From the NCBI RefSeq assembly GCF_009914755.1, contig NC_060937.1: a DNA stretch of 64,000 nt; one strand, written 5' to 3'. Shown here in pieces: positions 29,092-43,743 of this stretch. Origin of the DNA: the human T2T-CHM13v2.0 reference genome, Homo sapiens. A program made the position numbers and the translations under genes. The notes below the pieces were generated by a model, which saw nothing but the letters and a program-made list of their open reading frames with translations, did no database searches and was not told the DNA's origin. The first letter of the stretch is position 1. Each line of letters starts with the position of its first letter.

Positions 29092-31120
29092 TGTATTAGT
29101 CCATTTTCATGCTGCTGATAAGGGCACACCTGAAAGTAAGCAATTTACAAAAGAAAGAGGTTTAATTGAACTTACAGTTCCACATGGTTGAGGAAGACTC
29201 ACAATCATGGTGGAAGGGAAGGAGGAGTGAGTCACATCTTACGTGGATGGCAGCAGGCAAAAGAGAGGGCTTATGGAAAGAAACCCTCATGTTTTAAAAT
29301 CATGAGATCTCATGAGACCCATTCACTATCATGAGAACAGCACAGGAAAGACCCGCCCCCATGATTTAGTCATCTCCCACTGGACCCCTCCCTCAACACA
29401 TGGGAATTATGGGAGCTATAAGATGAGATTTGTGTGGGGACACAGAGCCACACCATATCACTCTGCCCCAGCCCCTCCCAAACAGTATATCATCACATTT
29501 CAAAACTAATTTTCAACCATCCTCCAAAGTCTTAACTCAGTTCAGCATTAACTCAAAAGTCCACAGTCCAAAGATTCATCTGAGACAAGGCAAGCCCCTT
29601 CCACCTATCTGCCTATGAGCCTGTAAAATCAAAAGCAATTTAGTTACTTCCTAGATACAACGGGGGTACAAAAATTGGGTAAATACAGCCATTCCAACCT
29701 GGAGAAATTGGCCAAAACAAAGGGCTACAGGCCCTATGCAAGTCCAAAATCCAGCAAGTAAGTCAAATCTCAAAGCTCCAGAATGATCTCTTTTGACTCC
29801 TTGTCTCACATCCAGCTTGCTCTGGTGCAAGGGGTGGGTGATAATGGTCTTGAGCAGTTCCACCCTGTGGCTTTGTAGGGTACAGCCTCCCTCCCAGCTG
29901 CTTTCACGGGCTGGTATTGAGTGTCTGTGGCTTTTCCAGTTGAGTGGTGCAAGCTGTTAGTGGAGCTACCATTCTGGGGTCTGGAGGACAGTGGCCCTCT
30001 TCTCACAGCTCCAATATGTGGTACCCCAGTAGGGATTCTGTGTTGGGGCTCCAACTCCACATTTCCCTACTGTACTGCCTTAGCAGAGTTTCTCCATGAG
30101 GGCCCCATCCTGCAGCAAACTTCTGCCTGGTCACACAGGAATTTTCATACATCCTCTGAAATCTAGGCGGAGGTTCTCAAACCCCAATTTTTGACTTCTG
30201 TGCACTTGCAGGCTCAACACCACATGGAAGCTGCCAAGGTTTGGGGCTTGCACCCTCTGAAGCCACAGCCCTAGCTCTGTGTTTGCCCCTTTCAGCCACA
30301 GCTGGAGTGACTGGGACACAGGCCACCAAGTTCCTAGCCTGCAAACAGCATGGGGACCCTGATACTGGTCCGCAAAATATTTTCCCCTAGGCCTCTAAGT
30401 CTGTGGTGGGAGGGGCTGCCATGAAGACCTCTGAAGCACCCTGGAGACCTTTTCCCTATTGTCTGGGTATTAACATTTGGCTCCTCGTTATTTATGCAAA
30501 TATCTGCAGTGAGCTTAAATTTCTCCTCAGAAAACGGAATTTTCTTTTCTGTCACATTGTCAAGTTGCAAGTTTTCTGAAATTTTATGTTCTGCTTTCCT
30601 TACCAAACTAAGTGCCTTTAACAGTATCCATGTCACCTCTCGAGTGCTTTGCTGCTTAGAAATTTCTTCCACCAGACATCCTATATCATCTCTCTCACGT
30701 TCAAAGTCACACAAATCTATAGGGCAGGGGCAAAATGCTGTCAGTCTCTTTGCTAAAATATAACAAGAGTCACCTTTGCTCCAGTTCCCAACAAGTTCCT
30801 CATCGTCATCTGAGGCCACCTTAGCCTGGATTTCATTGTCCGTATAATTATCAGCATTTTGGTCAAAGTCATTCAACAAGTCTCTAGGAGGTTCCAAACT
30901 GTCCCACATTTTCTTGTCTTCTTCTGAGCTCTCCAAATTGTTCCAACCTCTGCCTGTTATCCAGTTGCAAAGTTGCTTCTATATTTTCAGGTATCTTTTT
31001 AGCAGCATCCCATTCCTGGTACCAATTTACTGCAATAGTTTCTATTTTCCCACTACTGATAAAGACTTACCCGAGATTTGGGCAATTTACAAAAGAAAGA
31101 GGTTTAATTTGACTTAGTTC
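29092..31120 (-). mobile_element. THE1A provirus: 3' LTR 29092-29460, internal 29461-31030, truncated 5' LTR 31031-31120
   Basis: THE1A-type LTR ('cacatcttacgtggatggcagcagg', 'ggggacacagagcc...ccatatca'); ~1.57 kb MaLR internal region; second LTR stops after ~90 bp. Confidence 0.92.
30334..30936 (-). pseudogene. MaLR internal gag-like ORF remnant
   Basis: 'SEEDKKMWDSLEPPRDLLNDFDQNAD...EELVGNWSKGDSCYILAKRL..FCPCP' is the THE1-int ORF; ancestral start ATG TGG now reads ATA TAG; frameshifted downstream. Confidence 0.8.
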
Positions 31121-34100
31121 ACCTTGAGTTTATTTTTATAGATAGTAAAAGGAATGAGTCCAATTTAAATATTCTGCATATGGCTAGCCAGTTATCTAAG
31201 CACCATTTATTAAATAGTAGTCCTTTCCCTATCACTTATTATTGTCAGCTTTGTTAAAAATTAGATGGTTGTAGGTGAGTGGCTTTATTTCTGGTTTCCA
31301 TAACTTGTTCCATTGTCCTGTGTACCTGTTTCTATATCGGTACAAAGCTGTTTTGTTTACTTAGTATAGTTCGAAGTTGGATAGTGGGATGTCTCCAAAT
31401 TTGTTCTTTTTGCTTAGGGATCCTTTGGCTACTCTAGTTCTTTTTTGGTTATATATGAGTTTTAGAGTAAGTTTTTTAGTTCTGTGAAAAGCGTTGTTGG
31501 TAGTTTGATAGGAATAGCATTGAACCTGTAAATTTCTTTGGGCTGTATGGACATTATAACAATATTGATTTTTTTTCTATTCAAAATCATGGAATGTTTT
31601 TGTATTTGTTTGTGTCATTCTGATTTCTTTCAGCAATATCCTGTATTTCTTGTTGTCAAGATCTTTCACCTTCCTGGTTTCTTGTATTCCTAGATATTTT
31701 ATTATTTTTGTGGTAATTTAAAATAAAAATGCATTTTTGATTTTGCACTCAGCATGGATGTTCTCAATGTACAGAAATGCTACTGATATTTATATATTGA
31801 TTTAGTATCTCGACACATTGCTGAAGTTGTTTATCAGAACTAGGAGGATTTGGGCAGAGATGTGGGGTATTTTCTAGGTATAGAATCATATCTCCTGCAA
31901 AAATATACTTTGATGTCCTCTCTTGCTATTTGAACACTTTATATTTTTTCCCCTTGCCTGATTGCTCTTGCTAGGACTTCCAGCAGTATGCTGAAGAGGA
32001 GTGGTGAGAATGGGTATCCTTGTTCCATTTATCAAGGAAGTTCCTTCTAGTTTTTGCCAGTTCAGTATGATGTTGGATGGAGGTTATAGATGGCTCTTAT
32101 TATGTCAAGGTATTTTCCTTTGATTGCTTGTTTTCTGAGGGTTTTTAACATGAATCAGTGTAGAATTTTGTCAAAACAGTTTTCTATGTCTATTGAGATA
32201 ATCATGTGGTATTTGTTTCCTATTCTGTCTGTGTGATTGGTAAATCATATTTATAGATTTGCTTATGTTAATCAGCCTTAAATCCCATGGATAAAGCCCA
32301 CTTGATGGTGGTGAATTAATTTATTAATGTGCTGCTTGATTTGGTTTGCTAGGATTTTGTTGATGATTTTCGCATCTATGTTCATCAAGGATATTGGCCT
32401 GAAGTTTTTGCTTTTTTGTTGTGTCTCTGAAACAACATGGTTTTGTATCAGAATGATGGTGACTTGCCCTCCTCCTTAGTTTTTTGAAATAGTTTCAGTA
32501 AGAATTGTAGTAGCTCTTTTTTACACACCTGATGGAATTTGGCTGTGAATCTGCCTGGTCCAGTACTTGTTCTGGTTGGTGGGTTTTTTATTCCTGATTC
32601 AATTGTGTAACTTGTTTTTGGTCTGTTTAAGGATTCAATTTCTTCCTGGTTCCATCTTGGGAGGGTGTAGGTGTCCAGGAATTTACTCATTTCTTCTAAG
32701 TTTTCTAGTTTTTTATGCAGAGGGGTGTCTATAATATTCTCTGATGGCAATTTGTATTTCTATGGGGTCAGCGGTACTATTCCCTTTGTCATTTCTAATT
32801 GTAATTATTTGGATCCTCTCTTTTTATTTGTCTAAGTAGCAGTCTATCAATATAATTTATTCTTTCAAAAAACCAACTTTTGGTTTTGTTGATCTTTTGT
32901 GTGGATTTTTGTGTCTCGATTTCATTCAGTTCAGCTCTGATTTTCACTATTTCTTTTCTACTGCTAGCCTTGGGGTTGGTTTGCTCTTGTTTCCAGTTCC
33001 TCTGGGTATTACTTAAGTTGTTAATTTGAAAGCTTTCTAACTTTCTGATGTAGGCTTTAAGCAGTATAAACTTTCCTCTTAACACTGCTTTAGCTGTGTC
33101 CCAGAGATTCTGTTATTTTGTATTTTTGTTTTAATTAGCTTCAAAGAGTTTCTTGATTTGTGTCTTAATTTCGTATTTTACCCAAAAGTCATCTAGGACA
33201 AGGTTGTTTAATTTTCATGTAATTGTATGGTTTTGAGAGATCGTCTTGCTATTGATTTCTGTTTTCATTGTTCTGTGGCCTGAGAGTATAATTGGTTTAT
33301 TTGTTTTTAATTTGTTGAGAATTGCTTTATAGCCAAGTGTGTTTTCGATTTTAGACTATGTCCTAAGTGCAAATTAGAAGAACATATATTCCGTTATAGT
33401 TGAGTGGAGTGTTCTGTAGATGTTTGTTAGGTCCATTTAGTCAAGTTTTCTACTCCAGGTCCCAAATATTTTTGTTAGTTTTCTGCCTCAATGATTATGT
33501 CTACTATTGTCAATGGGCTGTTGAAGTCCCCCACTATTATTGTGTGTTTATGTAAGTCTCTTTGTAGGTCTCTAAGAACTTACTTTATGAGTCTAGGTGC
33601 TCCAGTGTTGGGTGGATTATATATATTTAGGATAATTAAATCTTCTTGTTGAATTGAATCCTTTATCCTTATGTAATGACCTTTTGTGTTTTTTTTTATT
33701 GTTGTTGGTTTAAGGTCTGTCTTCTCTGATATAAGAACAGCAACCCCTGCTTTTTGTTGTTGTTTTTTGTTTGCTTTATACATTTTCTCGAACCTTTTAC
33801 CTTTAGCTTATGGATGGCATTGAATGTGAGAGGGGCCTCTTGAAGGTTGCATAGAGTTGAGTCTTCTTTCTTTATTCAACTTGCTACTCTGTTCCTTTTA
33901 AATGTGGTATTTAGCTCGTTTATATTCAAGGTTAATATCAATATATAGGGATTTGATCCTGTCATTGTGCTGTTAGCTGGTTCTTATGTAGACTTGATTG
34001 TGCAGTTGCTTTATAGTGTCAATGGTCTATGCACTTAAGTGTGTTTTTGTGGTGGCCATTAATAGTCTTTCATTTCTATGTTTAGCATTCCCTTAAGGAC

Positions 34101-37084
34101 CTCCTACAAGGAAGGTCTTATAACAACTTCCCTTGGAATTTGCTTACCTAAAATAATTTTATATCTCCTTTGTTTATGAATCCTAGTTTGGCTGAATATG
34201 ATATTCATGGAATGTCTTTTCTTTAATGATGATAAATATAGGCCCTTATCTTTTTGATCTTGTAGATTTTCTGCTAAAAGGTCCATCATTTGCATGATGA
34301 TGTTCCCTTTGGAGGTGATCTGCTCTTTCTGTCTAATTGCCTTCAATATTTTTTCTTTCGCATCCACTTTGGAGAATCTGATAACTATGTGTCTTGGGAA
34401 TGATCATCTTATATGGTATCTTAAAAAAGCTTTCTGAATTTCCTGAATTTGTATGTCATTTTTTTCTGTTGAGTTTGGGTAAATTTTCATGGATAATATT
34501 TTCAAACATGTTTTCCAAGTTGCTTGCTCTCTCTTACTGTCTTTCAGGGATGCCAATGAGTCATAGGTAGAACCTCTTTACATAACATTATATTTCTTGT
34601 ATGTTGTGTTCATTTGTTGTTTCTTTTTTCTTTATCGTTGTTCGACTGTGTTGATTCAAATAACTGGTCTTCAAGCTCTGAGATTCTTTCCTCAGCTTGG
34701 CTTATTATGCTGTTAACATCTATGACTATATTATAAAATTATTTTAGTGAGTGTTTCAGTTCTATCAGATCAGTATTTTTGCTGTTATTAAAGTGGTTTG
34801 GTCTTACTGGATTTCATAGATTCCTTCAAATTTCTTCCAAATCTCAATGGTCTTCATTTTCATTTAGATTCTGTATTCTGTGTCTGTTATTTCAGCTTAT
34901 TTAAGAAGCATTAATGGGGAACTAGTGCAGTCTTTTGGAGGTAAGAAGAGACTGCCTTTTAGAGTTGCCAGAGTTTTTGCACTGGATCTTTCTCATCTGT
35001 GTGGACTGATGTTCCTTTAAACTTTGAAGTTGCTGTCCTTTAGATGGTGCTTTTTGCTTTTATATTCTTTGGTGTTCTTGAGAGTTTGACTATGGTACAA
35101 GTTGGAATCAATGAACTGGTTTCGTTTCTCAATTATTTCAGGTAGCCAAGGCTTAGTACAGCACTCTTGGACTGCATGCTCCAAACCTGGGGAGCTGGGA
35201 TCTATCCCACGGCTCTGTTCTCTGGCTCTTAGAAGTTAAGACCCCACTGCACTGGAGGGGCCAAGGTGTTTCTAGTCCACTGGTAACAATACTTTGGTGG
35301 GGGTGGTGTCAAAATGCTTCATCAAGGTGACGGTAGCAGGAACTATGCTCAGACATGCACAAGCGTGCCAGTGGCGAAGGGCACAGGTGCAGTTTGCATT
35401 CTAGTGATGTCAGGGAGGCATCTGGGCTCAATAGACATTTTAGTGTAAGAAATAATAAATAAATATAAAAACATAGTTGGTTTTTATTATATATAGCTGG
35501 TTTTATATTAAATAAGAAGCGTAATTAAATAAGAAGCGTATTTTTTTCCCGGAGCAGAGTTTTACCATGTCACTTTTAATGAGAAAATGAAGTAAGGTTC
35601 TCTGTAAAATAGCCTTACACTGGTCCAGTATTTATTATTAAATAAATCATGTTATAATGCACACTTATATAAGACCTTTTTGATAATTTAATTTTAGTTG
35701 CTCTTTAATTTTTTTAACTAAACTAAAACAAAAACAAAAAGACTAGTTTTGTTTAACCAAATTAAACAAAAACAGACTAGAGAGTCAAAATAATTTCTTC
35801 TTATCTGAACTTTGTAGATTCCCCCATGATAATTTAGCACACAGAAAATAGTTAAGCACATCATCCCAAATAATCTTTCTTAAAGAGACAGTCTCTATCT
35901 AAGCTTGCTAAATAAATATATTGATTCATACATGATTCTATTTTTTAAAATGCATGTTTAACACAAAGTTCAGGCAGTATTTTTTGACACATTATATCAA
36001 TAATAAGGCAATATTAAGTAATGTGGCTTCTCTGTTTATGGCAATTATAGTTGTCTTCGCACTCTATTTAATCATACAAATTGATCTGGAATTATTTCTA
36101 TATTAATTCTTATAAAACAGACTTTGCCAGTGAAAATTTTCTCTAATAGAATAAGGTAAATTTGCTGAGACTGAGTTTTTTCTAAATTCATCTTAGCAGT
36201 TTGAATAATTTGAGATTCCACAATATGAAAGAGTAAGGTTAGTCCACTAGCCTTGCTAGCGGAATATTTAAAAAACAACCTTGAAACAGTTAAATCATGT
36301 GGATTAATCAAAGTTTCTTATGCATGTGGCCTGTTCTCAAGACAGAAAAGACTTTAGAATTAATCAAATAAGGATACATTGTTTTCAAGGTCTGAAAAAT
36401 TTTGGGGGACAAAATAAGGTAGGCTACATCCAAAATCCTATGACTTCATTCTTCATTATTATTAATTTTATATCTCTATTCTTTGGATTTTTAAAAGTTA
36501 TTTTTATATTATTGGTAGAATATATAAAATCTGTATTTCGTTGAACAGCGTGGGATCCCTAACCAAATTAGTTAGGCTTGGCACATCTCAGAACATTAGG
36601 ATCAAATGATCTGTTAATGTTTTATTAAGACTGCTTGAATTAATGCCACATAATTATGAAACATATAATTCAAATAATAAAAAAGACACTCATGTCTAGG
36701 AGGTATTTCTAGAAACACATTTATCTGAAATAGGATATTTCAGAATATTAATATAGCATGTTTTGTTGGTACTCACTGAATCTGCCCATTTTTTGGTCAT
36801 AATTAAGACCTATCTTATGCTATGAATTTATAAGAATGCAGTAATGCAGAGAACATGTAATAAAACAAGTGAATGGAAGAATTGAATTCTTAAGGAATTG
36901 AATTCTTAGGAAAATGTTATTGCTAATGAGTTTTTAGTTTTGATTCTAATAGTTAACTTATAACTATTCATGATATAAATCATACCAAAATGTCAGTCAA
37001 AATGCCATTGACTATTTCTTGTTCCGTATTTCACATGAATGCAAACTATATCGACACAAAATATTTTCCTGAGATTTCTTGTAA

Positions 37085-37267
37085 TAGTTTTGAAAAATAT
37101 AGTAAATAAAAATCCAACACACACAACTAAGTTTGAATTTCAGATATTCAATTAGGGTTTCCTAGTATGCTTATGCAATATTTGGGGCAAACTCACAAAA
37201 AAATTACTTATTGTTTAGTTGAAGTTCAGGTTTAATTGGACTTTCTGTATTTTCTCCCACAAGCCTA
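37085..37267. mobile_element. MER53 palindromic hAT-type MITE (degraded)
   Basis: 'agtaaataaaaat...actaagtttgaatttcagata' mirrored by 'tattgtttagttgaagttcaggtttaattggactttctgtatttt'. Confidence 0.75.
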
Positions 37268-38429
37268 TTTGAAAGCCCCCAGGTATAACTTGTTCAGATA
37301 GTATTGAATTCGGATCTAGGAGATTTCAATGCCTTTCCATTACTTTAAAGATAGATGGCCTTTTGTTCAGGAGATTCTTAATTAATGCTAATTGTCCCAA
37401 TATGACTAATAATAGTGTCCCTTTAATCTTAAAAGTGGACCGAATTAAATATAAGTTGTGAATTTTGTGTTCTTTGATAAGAAACAAAGATAACTTCAGT
37501 TCCCACTACTCTAATGAACATTTTATGCTTCTTTCTATTTTTACTACTAGAAACATAAATGTGAATACTAAACAGATATTAGAACCTCAGTATGCTCTCC
37601 AGAGTCTACTTTTGCACAGCACAAAGTACATAATATAAAACTGGCAACATAACCTTCAGTAGAAATGGTCTCTGGTACATTAGTAAAAAAGAAGACCAAA
37701 ATAAAGAGAATACTTGTAAAATTATTAGCATAACTAATTCACATTTTATTCAGTTCCCACCCAATAACAAGAAATCCACTTTTGTATACTTTTTTTCAAA
37801 GGTCAGATTCATGAAGATGAGATATTAATAAAAGGGGGAATATAACAATTTAAATTGCTACAGTAAAATGGAATAACTACCTGGGCTTTTTACATTTGAA
37901 CTCAGAAGATTTTAATTAAGTTTACCTTTTTGTAAACACATCATTATCTTGTATGCATTATGTTCATGCATATACTTGAACATAATGCATACAAGAAAAT
38001 TATGTTTTGTCTGCCTCAGTTTTTCTTATTCTTGGTTTCTGATTTGTCTGTTCCAATTCTGAGGTCTTGGACCTCTTTATACATTTTCCTTATTGCTGAA
38101 TTAATACTGAATAGAGAACAGCTAAGAAAGAGAGAAAAAAAACAAGAGAGAAAGAGTGAATGAAAATTCCCTAAATTGACCCTTGTTAAATTTAACTCTT
38201 TTCTTACCTTTAAAATATAACGTTTTCTATGATAATGACGATATTTAAGTTATCCCTTCCCTGAATATATTGTATTAACACTCCCTCTCTTTCTCTCTTC
38301 TAGACATTTCCATACAAATACACACTTATTCTGATATCTTTCATTTTTAAACCAACTCCTTCATTCCACATGCATTTCAGCATTTGCTTATCTCTTTATT
38401 ACTACACTTCTCCTTCCTCTACCTACACA

Positions 38430-38700
38430 TACTCATCCCCTGGTTCTAGTTCTCTCAGTAACTGGTACTACTGTCCAGCTAGTTACTAAACAGGAGGGAA
38501 TCTGCCATGACAGTTCCCCTTCCTCATCTCTGCATCCAAATTCATACTATAAAGTCTTGCACTTTCCTCCCAATTATATATTAATTTCTTTTTGCTTCAA
38601 CTGATGGCAACCTACTCTTTCTTGGACTACTAACATAATTTTTCATTTGGTCTCCCTACTAATTCTGTTCTACGCATTCTATTATATTTTTCCCCAAAAT
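38430..38700 (+). mobile_element. L2 fragment
   Basis: 'tctcagtaactggtactactgtccagctagttact...ccttcctcatctctgcatccaa...tcttggactactaaca...tggtctccct'. Confidence 0.6.
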
Positions 38701-39081
38701 ATACTATTACTGCAACTCTCCTGGGCAAAGTGATATCTATCTTCACAGTAACTAAAAGGCATGGAAATATCCAAGCCTGGATTCAATTCAATACTATTTG
38801 TTTAAGTTTGTTCTGTTTACTAAAGAAACTTCTGGTTTCCTGGATATTGCGCCCCTTTTGCCTTGAGAGAATCAAAGTAAAATTTTGATATCTGAGCTTA
38901 TGTATCTAGGAAGCAGAAGGAAGTGAAGGAGGAGTACTATATTAATGTAATATGGGGCTGGAAGAAAAAAATCAATAAGTTCTCAAGAAAGAGGTTCAAC
39001 ATCAGACCATAAGAATAAGGAAAGTGCTGAAAATGATACTTCAAATACTGGGTCTGAGTAGCGCAAATTAAGAAATAGAAT

Positions 39082-39436
<355 letters not shown>

Positions 39437-40379
39437 CTAGCCTGAGAAGTTGTTATGAATTATATGTAATGATAGAATAATAATAAATGTATCTATGGCA
39501 GTTGATAGACTAGCTGCAAGATATATTATATCTAGGTTGTCTGAAATTTCACACTTTCACCAGAAATGATTTGAATATATTGTGTTTTTATTGGATTACA
39601 TTATATATAGGGTTTATAGAATGACATTCATTATGCTTAGTATTAGTGTTTTAATATAATTCTAGACCTTTCAGTATTTTTTAGGTAGAAAATCCAGACA
39701 TATTATATATTTTTGCAGAATTACTGAATTTTTACCATTAACCCTCAGTTGTTTTTTCTTTTTTCTTTTTAATTTTCAAGACATCAGAAACTTTCTAACT
39801 ATGATCTTAAAATGGGGGAAAAAATAAAAAAATAATAATTTGCTTTTTAACGTCACCTTTTCCTTTCTCTTTTTCTATTTTCTGCCTTATATAATTTCAT
39901 AAATAATAGAATGCATGTATTTTAAATATTTATTAAATAGAATGATATAAAACAATGTATAACTAGCATAAAGAATAAATAATAATATAATAAAATATTT
40001 ACAATTTGTAATGATAAAACATTTTTATACTTTTTCATTATGTTGGGCAAAATGTTACACTTTTTCTGCACAAAGAGAAATGTATGTTAACGTTTAAGTC
40101 ACAGTATTTAAATGATAATAAATTATTTTATTTTATTATAATAAATTATTTAAATTATAATAAATTAGGACTATGGGTAAAATGTAGCTATTCTTGTTAT
40201 TGTTTATAGAGGTAGATCTGTCTCAGGCTTTGTCTATATTTCTGTTACTCAATAAATTCTTATAATCCTCTCTCTCTCTCTTACACACACACACAGTATT
40301 TTACATATTAATGAAGGGTAAATGCTGATAATACTTGATGAATGAATCAGAAAAAAAAGAAAAGTTAATATGATGAGTG

Positions 40380-40830
40380 TGATAAAGCAATGTGCAAAGA
40401 CCATGTAATATTATAAATCAAAGAGAGAATTCCAGAATAGCTATTTTAGGAAATTAATTTTATCATGATGGTATTTAAAGAATAAGTTTGAGTAGTCAGA
40501 GATAAAAGAAAAAGTGTTTTTTAAGGAAAAACCCATAATTAAAACGACTAGTAATGGGTGATGATGGAAAGGCTAATGTGGTTGCTGCAGGGAGAGCATG
40601 AGAGTAAAGAGAGGCTGAAGAATTGAGGTATCCACAGGGAAAAGACTGCAGGACTTGCATATGATGTAAATATTTCCACCTCTACTTGAGGAAAACTGAA
40701 AAATATGTGTGCACTTTAAACTTGGGAGGGACAGATTTATTTACTTGCCTGTACTGTGGAGAAATGTCTAAAATAAAATAATAGAGGCAGCAGTGGCTGA
40801 GTGGTCTAACCAGTTAATAGATTACTTAAA
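40380..40830 (-). mobile_element. Degraded L2 fragment
   Basis: 'ggctaatgtggttgctgcagggagagc...gagaggctgaagaa...gcaggacttgcatatgatgtaaa...ctgtactgtggagaaatg'. Confidence 0.45.
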
Positions 40831-41689
40831 TTGGATCGTCATTCAATCTTTTATGTAGCAAATATTTATGACATAGATGTGTCACCTAAGACGCTTTATT
40901 CAGCCCTCATGGTGGGCATACATATTTTTGCTTTTAAATAACTTGTTTTGCTTTAAAAATGGAACTATTAGTTTTATAATTATCTATTATAAATAATATG
41001 ATATTCATAGGGCTTTTTCTTACTGACAAAATACAATTCTATTACAGAAATGGCTACCACATTCAAAATTTGAATGAGAAAATGACAGCAAGAATAAGAA
41101 ACTAGGTGTAATTTTGTCAATTGGAGTGAGTAGTTCCAGGTAGCAAATAACTCCATAGCCAACCTACTAAGTGTGTATTTATGTAGGACTCCCAATAACA
41201 TGGGTAAGTAATACAGCTCCCATTCTTTCTTATGGAAACAAACAAACAAAAAATCCCTCTCCATAAAACTATCCAATTATATGTCGACAGTGGATATACC
41301 CATTCACTTCTCCATCAAATGGCAGTCTCAATTTCATATCAATACAAAATTTACAGCATACTATTATAAGAATGAATATCGATGGTGGGAAACTATTTGA
41401 AGGACCCCACGAAATTACACAGAAGAATAGAAAATAATATGGAGTTTTTAAAAAAGTGTTGGAAGTACAGCAAACACTATATTTAAAAAATAAAAACAAA
41501 GAAAAAAACAACAAAATGATCTTTCCTCACCTAAAAATCTCAAAGAGTTGTGCAGAATAAAGTACATATCGCCTCAATGTTAGAGTAGAATTCCAAGCAG
41601 GGTTTTTCCCTATGTTAATTTTCATTGACTGTATTCCTTAGGTACTTTTATATTTTACTTTTTTATGCCTACTTTGAAATGAAGAGCAA

Positions 41690-42010
41690 GTTTGTCTTTA
41701 TGGAATAAGTTTACTTCTCACTCATATCACAGTAAAAAGTAAGTCCTTGGCTGTCCCTGGCAGTTCCTCAGGGATGTGAGTTCCCCCATTAATGGTTTTG
41801 TCACATGAAGCCTTTGCTCACAGTTCAAAGCCTGGAGGAGAGACAACATGGGTTAGGCATACAGGTTTTAATTGCCATGGTGTGAAATGACTTACACTCC
41901 TTCTCCTTACATTCCACTGGCTAATCTCAATTATATGGATCTTCTAAACTACAGGCGAGACTGGAGAATAATGATTTCTATTAGCTTAGAAGAGGAAAAT
42001 GAGAGTTTAA
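41690..42010 (-). mobile_element. Ancient MaLR LTR (MLT1J/K/L-like)
   Basis: 'gaaatgacttacactccttctccttacattccactggctaa...ctaaactacaggcgagactggagaat...agaagaggaaaatg'. Confidence 0.65.
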
Positions 42011-43333
42011 CATTTTGTCGACTTGAGAAACAGTAGCAAATTAAAAGTAAGTTTTGGCACTTATTTTTTAAAGTGTTTATTATTATAATTTATAGTTATA
42101 ATTATGCATGTCTGCTTTCCCTTTATAGATCACTCTCATTTTCAAGGCAGATTTCTGTTAGATCTTTACTTCCTTTCCAGAAGACAAGGGCACTCATTTG
42201 AAAATATGTGACTGAGAGCAAAATCTGAGCACCTATTTTGATGTGTAACTGAAAAATAAATGTGGATTATATGTATAAAACAATGAACACTTAGATTACT
42301 CTTATCTGGAATAGTATATGTCAAAAAGAAAAGCTAAGGAGACCATCTGGTGTAGGTAAAAGCTAAGGAGACTGTTTCATCAAGGTTAAATGAATCAGCA
42401 AACGTTATGACAATAAATAATATCAAAGTTATTTCTAGAAAACACTTCATGATCCTAGTCCAGTGACTTCCCTTCCATATTGTTGTTTCCTTATAGATAT
42501 ATTTCAGATGAAACGTTTTAAAAACTGTATTTAGTTTTACTAATAAACACATATATGTATGATTTACAAAATAAAATGTAGGCTCATGACAACTGGGATT
42601 TTGTCATTTCTAGGGCAACATAAACTTGTATGGTTCATTCTCATTACTGAGTATAATTGAGAATTTATCTCTTGAGTATTTTACAAGCATTTATAAATGT
42701 AAATGATTTGGAAATTATCAATAGCATTATAATGCTAGATATAAACTAAGGTGAGCTTAGCAGTCAGCCTTAATTAATATCCTCAAATATTTAAAGCAAA
42801 TGCATAGTTGTGTATGTTTAAGTGTGTGATAATAAGATAAAAAAGTTAAAGAAAGAAGAAAGATAGGGAGACTACAAGATTAATATTTAACTTCAGATAT
42901 TGCAAACATAAATGAGAAAAGAACAGTCTACATAAATGTATACAGTCTGTAAATATATAGACTATATGTAAAAAGAGAGATATTTTTTTTTGCTGTTTTG
43001 AGCTTTTCTATTTTTCAACATTTCCTTTACAATATCTTGTTAAATAGTTATGGCTGAAATATTTTTATGTTATTATTTAGAATTGACACCAAACTTCTGA
43101 TACTAGAATTCTGTTAACTTGAGAATAGCTTCAAGCACAAGAAAATTTATTCTAATGAGTGAATTTTTTCAAAATGTGTTTGGAGGAATGTTGAAGAGAA
43201 AAACCAGCAAAAGGATTACTTTTTTCTTCAAATATTCCAGTAAGACCTAAAATTAAATCTGTGATTGTTATTAATATGATTAATGTTCTATTGTTTTGAT
43301 AGTTTTATTTTATATCATAGATCAATCTCTTAA

Positions 43334-43743
<410 letters not shown>

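Larger units (their letters stand above)
28106..35429 (-). mobile_element. Long L1PA16-like element (3'UTR, ORF2, ORF1, part of 5'UTR), disrupted, hosting THE1A
   Basis: ORF2p remnants ([19 protein letters not shown]; LRGKFI...; KAGVAVLISEKTD) and ORF1p remnant (KEKILKAIRQK); candidate TSD aatagac at 28099-28105 and 35430-35436. Confidence 0.92.

Noticed and set aside
32448-34367. L1 ORF1/ORF2 peptides as functional genes
   Set aside because: Short fragments separated by stops and frameshifts; the element is dead
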